In this document: one piece after another, positions 56,992 to 64,000 of the stretch
How the letters are laid out: each line of letters opens with the position of its first letter
Position numbering within the stretch: position 1 is the stretch's first letter
Assembly: GCF_009914755.1 (NCBI RefSeq)
Contig: NC_060934.1
DNA from: the human T2T-CHM13v2.0 reference genome, Homo sapiens
Length of the DNA: 64,000 nucleotides
Reading direction: 5' to 3' (one strand)
The notes under the pieces: model-generated
Databases searched by the model: none
Told to the model about the DNA's origin: nothing
Seen by the model: the letters and a program-made list of their open reading frames with translations, nothing else
Made by a program: the position numbers and the translations under genes

Positions 56992-59900
56992 TTGACAGGC
57001 TTTTCCAATACACCATGTCATATTTCATTTTTGCCAATTATGTTACATGCTTTAGCTTTATTTTATTTTTTTCTTTTTCTTATGGAAAATGGAAACAGAA
57101 CTGCTTTTACTTTTAAACTTATATTGGCTTGTTTTAACTCCTCTTATGTTTTATCATAAAACACTCAAAATATATATGCTTTTAATTCCAATCCGCTCAT
57201 TGTCTTAAATTGTATTTTCAAGGAAAGAATGGAATGCACACAACTGCTTTGATTGTCATTTCTATTTCCAGTTACTCATGTAATGGCACTGCCAGGCTGG
57301 TTGGTTGGCATTGTCTTAGGTGACGCATGGACCATTTCCCCTGTCTTCCAGCTGTGGGCGTTATAACATTCTTGTTTTTCAGAATGCCAGTGAATGTACC
57401 CTAACAAACAAGAAAAGGAAAGACTGACCAAATCTGAACATTTTTTAGCTGGAAAACATGTAAATTTAATACTTTTAATAGATGAACCCTCATGTTAGCA
57501 TGCAAATTAGCTGTTCCTACCAAGTCAATTGGAATGTGACAGTTAATTCTATACATGCATCAGCAATGACCTCAGAATTGGCTGTCCATCAACTTCCATG
57601 GCTATGAACTCACCCACCATCTTTGTTCTAGAAAGACTTTCCATTAAAAATGTAAGTTCATGATTAAATCAAAATAAGATAAGGGGATTATTTTAACATT
57701 AATATAACACCAGAAATTACATTTGTTTCTGTGGAGGAATGCTCTGTTTGCTTTGGAAAGAATGCAGATCCTTTTCATTTATACAGAGATAATATATATT
57801 TTTAACCTGTCAGAATGGCAAAGAACAAAGTTGGATAGCATGTTGTTGATGAGCAGGTGGGAGCATACATATATGTATAAGTATAAATTGCTACAATGAA
57901 GGGCAATCTGTTTCTAAATTAGAAAAGTACTGATCCTGTGACCCAGAAATTTCATTTCTAAGATTAGATCTTACATATATCCTAGTATCATAAAAATGAT
58001 TCCACAACACAATTACTCATCACTTCACTGAAACAACAAAATATTGGCAACAATTGCTCATCAACAAGAGATTCATTAAAAAACATTATGGGACTCTCAT
58101 GTGGGATATAATAATGTGCTGTAAAAAGGGAATAAGAAAGTTTTTTTATGAACAAATGTGGACCCATTTGCTGAGATTATTTTAAATCAAAGGAAACCAA
58201 GGTAAAATGTAACTATTTACGTAAAAAGAGAATGTATTTGCTTGTGTATGGATTTTATATATGAATGATATCTCTAAAATTACATCTGAGAAACTAGAAG
58301 TATTGGTGACTAGTGGAGAAGGAAAATAGGTGGCTGTGATCAAGATGTGAGACAGGTAATTTGCTATAGAACCCTGGATTTCCCTTTAAAAATAATAAAA
58401 TTAATTTAAGATCATGTAATATGGTAAATATTTGGACTGCTGATACTTCTTTAAAAATCAGTAAACTTTGAATTGTGTACATTTATAACAAACATCCTGG
58501 CCTCTAAATATGTGAAGAAGTGCAGAAATCATATCAGTGGTAAAAAAGGAATTAGTACAAGATTTCATCTTAGAGCATCCAGACTCTAAATTGATAGATA
58601 TGTAAGAATGAAAGTTTATTTAAAGTGGAATAATGTATACCTCTTCCTGTGTCCCCAAGATGGCATCATCTTTCTAACATTGATTCAGCTTGGGCTTGAG
58701 TGTCTGAGCTGTGTCTCACAAACTAAGCTCTCCATACCATCGGCATCAAAGTCATTTGCTGGAGTGTGTTAAAATAAATATTTTCGAATTCTATCCCATA
58801 CCTGCCGAGTCAGTGGGCCTTGGAAAGGAGCCCGGGAATCTGCATTTTACAAAAGATCCTCAGGTTAGTCTTAAACCAAGATTCTAGAACCACTGTTGTA
58901 AAGCCTGGGGAATAGAGAGGAGAAAATACTAGAACTACTCATTAACTGGTTAGCACATGATGGCATCTTCTTACAAACCTTTGTGTGCATTCACCCCCCT
59001 AACCACAAAGCAAAATGAGCATCAGAACCTTCATTTAAAGACAGGAAAATTAAGTATTTGTCTTTGTGTAATTAAGTGACTTGCCACAGGTGACAGAGCG
59101 AGAGAATGCAAATCAGAATTCAACTCGCAAATTTCTGCTTTGTCCATGCTGACAGGAATAGCATCATTGTAAATAAAAATCACTGTGTTAGTGTAACTTT
59201 GAAAAGTCAATCCCTCAGTAAACCTTGCTCTGCAGTGGAAGGTCATGCCTTTCTCAGCCTTTCACTACCTAGGATTCACAGGAGATCAAATACTTTGCTA
59301 AAAAGAGATTTTCTTATTTTACTTCACATTCTCATATCTTTATGCATTACTCTCATTTATTCTTCAGAGAACATTCTGCTCAGATTAACTTCTGTAAGCA
59401 ACAAGTATCCCACATATATTTTCAACGGCCAGCTAGCTATTCTTAACAGGAAGAAAAAAATACAAACATTGGTGTGTACTTTTTATATGGCAGTAGACAA
59501 ACGAGGGTAACTGGTGAATATATAAGTTAATATTCTGAATTAATAAAATGAAGACACATTTTGAAATCAACATTACAGGTAATATCCAATAAATAGCTTT
59601 ATACATATACACACACTCATACATGTATATATGGGTAGTTTCTGGACTTAAAATAGATTCAAAAAAGTTTCCATTATGTACCAGAACAATAGCTGGTCTT
59701 AGGGAGATGAGAACACATGTAGAGTCTGACTTTATGAAGTCATTGACATTAACACGTATGATAACTCTCAATTGTGAAAGTTAATTCTGTCAGAAATGCT
59801 GTGTGACAGGCCTATTAGAGCGGCTACTTGGGCCATTTATTGTACTGTGGCCTATTTCCGACAAGTCAGATAAACCATGGTTTGAATCTCCACTCAGTCA

Positions 59901-60388
59901 AAACTGCAGCTAGTCACTTAACCACACTGGTGTTCAATTTACTGTCTGTGTAGTGAATTGAACATACCTACCTCAATGCGTTTTTATGGGAATAAAACAA
60001 GAGTACAAACCTATCTGTCCACTAGTGGTATTTTTTACCTTAAGTCACATTCCTTCACCACTAATAGTGGTTAAGTTTTCTGACTCTCAGTGATCCATTT
60101 TCAAAAGGCCATCTCTGAAATTTTTGCCTCTACTTTCTTTAATGGCATTTCCCTATGTCACTGCTTAGGTGATATGATTTAGGGGAAAGCCATATTTTAC
60201 TTGAGTTAAAGTCAAGTTTGTTTGTGTTTTTTTGTGGGGGGGCTGGGGTGGATTGTTCTCAAAATGATTTACTGACATTCTCCAGCATAAGTTTTAGGTG
60301 AAAGAGTATTCTCAGGTGGGAAATTTGAGTAAATCTTGAGGAAGAAGTATATTCTTTACAAATCATTTAGGGAAAATTCTCTTTAAAT

Positions 60389-60517
60389 AGGGGGACCTAC
60401 TTATGCATCTGATTTGCCCGTGACACTCATTGTTTACACTTTCACACCTACATAATTATTAATAATGCTCTTTTACTTTCAAAAATGTGTAGTTTGAATA
60501 AGGTGTATGAACCACCT
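60389..60517 (-). mobile_element. MER94-like hAT MITE
   Basis: gatttgcccgtgacac...ataattattaataatgc...ttactttcaaaaatgtg...accaccta. Confidence 0.55.
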
Positions 60518-63500
60518 AATTGAAGAAAGTTACTTGTCTTAACCTAGAGGTTAGCTAGCTAGCATCAAGAGTTTAGGGGACCAAAAATGGTAACTCTCTA
60601 GGAAATAAAAAGAGGAATTCATCTACTTCTCTGCAGAAGAGGACTGGTAAATGGACTAACTTTGCATTCAGGTTGTAATTAGACAAAACAGAAAGTGTGA
60701 TCAATAATGCAAGTGCATAGTGGCAGAAGAGAGCATGGTGAAGTGAGCCTGTAGACACACTTGTGCAATATGGGGACAGCTCTGATGTGGCCTGGGCTGT
60801 GGAATTCAGTTTAGGGGGAAGTGGGTTGGGAGTAGTGGTAAAGATGAAGTGAGTGGATTGGGCCCTGGCTTCCGGATTACAAATGTACTTTTGGAAAAAC
60901 AAGATTTTGAATAGTGTGGGTGTCTATGTAATTACTAAACAAGGACATTTTTTAGCTTTTGGCTCAAGTGACAAAGATTTTCCTTTCAAAAGCATTTTGC
61001 CAGATTGAAATCTAAACATAAACGTATGACAACATTGCTACCGGTAGCTAATTCAGTGATTCAACATGTCTGTTTATCAAACACTTGAGAGCACTTTCAA
61101 AGAGCCCTGGTTTGGGTATGAGGTAGAGTTTTGTGAGGCTTCTTTTAAAGCCTCTCTGTCTGAGAAGGAATATGCTACTTTTCATACCACCTTGCCAGAA
61201 AGGAAGGCCCAGAACAGAAAGAACACAAAAGAGGTATAAGGGGTTAAGGGAACCTGGAAAAACCTTTGAAAAGTAAATTATCAGTTTAGAAATGCTCTTT
61301 AAATGTCAACAAAGAGTCAGCAGGCAGTGTGTCAGCTCTGCACCTGGCCACATTTCCTATCCTCTGTTGCAACTTAGTGAAGCTACGTGGCCAAACTAGA
61401 GCCAACGGAACATAAGTGGGAGTGATATATGTAATTTGGGGGCATTTTCCACATAAAATAAAAGCTCTTTGCCATGGAATCCCTTTGTCTTTCCCCTTCC
61501 CATGTGTGGTCACAGGAATGACTATGACCCACCTTCCAATCATGCAGATGAGGATAATGCCCAAGGGGATAAACTTTTGGGGAAAAAATGAGTCCACTCA
61601 CCAATCCATATTTAAAGACTTATATGTGTGGAAGAAATAAGCTTTTGTGTGTTTTTTAGTCACTCTCCTTCAGTCTCTATACTACAGCAGTTGAAATAGA
61701 CCTTACATAATACACACCCTTTCTAGGTACCTACAGGTCTTCTGCAAAAGCAGCCATACAATCTTCAGATTGTGACCAAGTTGCTTTTAAAATTCTCATC
61801 CAGGTTGCCTCTTTTTTCTCTCTCTTGGTTGTAGCAATTCTCATCAGTAGTGCTGCCAAAGTTGAATCCTCTTTCGAGCACATGCAAAAAAAAAAAAAAA
61901 AACAAAAAAAAAACCCACGAAACTAGGAAAAGCATTAGAATTGCCCCATGTGAATTCCACTCACATTTCAAAGCCAATACATGTAAAAGATTAAATGAAA
62001 ATATCCCATCTACTGTTATCACACTCTGCTGTCTTCACCAATGTGAACTGAGAATAAGAGATGGCAGCTTTTCAATGTATTGCCTAGATTCCTCTGGCTT
62101 GTAGTGCTCCCGTCATTTCTATTTCCTACCATGCTTCTGTGATAAAGCGAGAAATAATATGCCAAAATGCCACTAGCATTCAATACAGGGTATGCTGTCC
62201 TCTACAATTAGCATATTTTTTTCTGATAGACCAAGTGTTTAGGATGCAATGATTTATAGGTCCAGGAAATATATAGACAGTTGCTTGGATGAAAGAAGGG
62301 TATGTAGGAAGTTGACTTTGTGTACTAATAAATGCCAAAAGGTACATTAGGTTAAGGAAATTATGTATGAAGGAGTCTGGCGATAAATTACTGTTGCATT
62401 TTTCTGAGTTGAATTGCTTATGTGTCTGTATAAATTGCTAAGCAGAAAATAGGCTAAGAGCATTAAAACTTTAGTTAACTCTTATTTCCTCAGGTCTATG
62501 TAATTTTAAACTTATTTAGGACAATAGCCCATTTGTTTTACAAATCACAGTGTTCATTGCAATATCTTTCAAGCTGAAAGCACTAAATCACTTTATATTA
62601 TGGAGACCTGGAAGAATGCAGCATTATAGCTTGGCTGGCAGAACATGTATCAGTGAGATATTGATCTAACCAGGAAAAAGAAAAGCTGTGCTGAATGGAC
62701 TCCACACTGCAAGGAGTGTTATCTGCAGGCTGCAGTGTTTGTTCAAATCCCATATTGCTGGAGGTGAGGTCATATATATATATATATATATTTTTTGCAG
62801 GCTTCATATGATTTTAGTGACAGTTATGGCCATTTTCTTAATCTGAAAGATTAAGAAAGTTGTTTGTTGAAGAATGTCTGTAGATAATTCCTTGACATCA
62901 GGAGTAGCTCACCTTTCTGCAGGAATGGGTTAAAATGGAATGTTGATCAAATGCTCTGACTTCTTAAGTATGGTTTGTCTATACTTCCAAACCTGTATCA
63001 CAGAACCCCTCTGGACCCTTTGGCAATTCAAAGTATCAACACTGAGACAAAGGTGTAGCTGTCAGTCGGAGGGGATATTGTGTAGTTGCCTTAAGTAGTG
63101 TTTTCCTAGAAGACCCCTCAGAAGTAAAGAAACTGAAACAGAAGTAAGACATGAGTCTTAATTGGATTATGCTGAGATTAGGATACTGTGTGGCTCTGAC
63201 TTCTCATCTCACTTTCAAAGACCGAGGAGACAGGTGCATCCGTAATTTGCATGGGGTCCAGGAAGGAGCCCTGTGGGAAAGACTCAGCTCTGTGTACAGT
63301 TAGCATTAGGCTGTTCCAATATGACTGATTGACATGGACTGACTGACAGAAAGGATTAAAGTCCTGGAAAGAGAACAACAGAAGTCATTGCCAGGAGGGA
63401 ATGAAATACTGTAAGGAAGTTAGGAATCTGCCATGCTGAGGATAAGGAAATAGAGAGCTGTGTTTGAACCCATCTTCATTTTGTCCCTTAGGAATGCATG

Positions 63501-64000
63501 TGCTATCTGGAAGGATAAACTAGAATAATCATATCACCAGAAACATAAGTGAGTCAGCTGTTCGATTCACTCCTACTACCAAGAGTAGACCTCTAGAGGA
63601 GCAGCATATGCATGGCAACTAGACCTCTGCTCCTGGCGTAGATGTGGGCCCCTGGTCAGTTTTCATAAGTGCTTATTAAAAGAATAATGGAATGGTCATC
63701 AGCAAGCTCCTGTTAGGGATCCACTTACTGTCCTGCTGGTACCTGTGCACTCTATGATAATTCATATTTGGAACTGTTTTATTCCCTTTATTGTATGCAG
63801 AGGGTATTTTGTGTGGTCAGAGATTCTTCCATGTGCCTGCCAAGTGATTATTCACCTTTTTATTCCAATATCCTATGTATAATTGCACCTACACACTCCC
63901 ATACAAATCCTAATGCAGTGTATAGGCTGTGTATTGCTATTTAGTATGCTTTGTCTCCAGTTGTGTCTCTGAGCCCAGGTCCCCCTCCATAACATCACAC

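Overview
Primate (most likely human) genomic DNA, about 64 kb, AT-rich and almost entirely intronic. The only host coding sequence is one 130-bp internal exon on the + strand (28631-28760). It encodes the first four cysteines of the neuregulin-3 (NRG3) EGF-like domain, so the window covers the end of the preceding intron and the start of the next. The rest is transposon-derived: a full-length (~6.03 kb) but inactive L1PA2/L1PA3-type LINE-1 inserted antisense to NRG3 with a 16-bp TSD, a U6 snRNA/L1 chimeric retrocopy, a rearranged older L1, about 13 Alus, five solo LTRs, MER DNA transposons, and several tandem or templated duplications. Best candidate system: the antisense L1 points its antisense promoter and ORF0 towards the NRG3 exon 9 kb downstream. 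Its first ORF0 splice donor (phase 1) is exactly in frame with the NRG3 EGF exon (phase 1), and ORF0's premature stop falls just after that donor, so splicing would remove it. With the intact antisense polyA hexamer, this is a complete 'gene-breaking' layout predicting an ORF0-NRG3 fusion ligand. Expression is not shown by the sequence. Repeat subfamily calls come from recalled consensus motifs, not a database search. Most short ORFs in the track are spurious.
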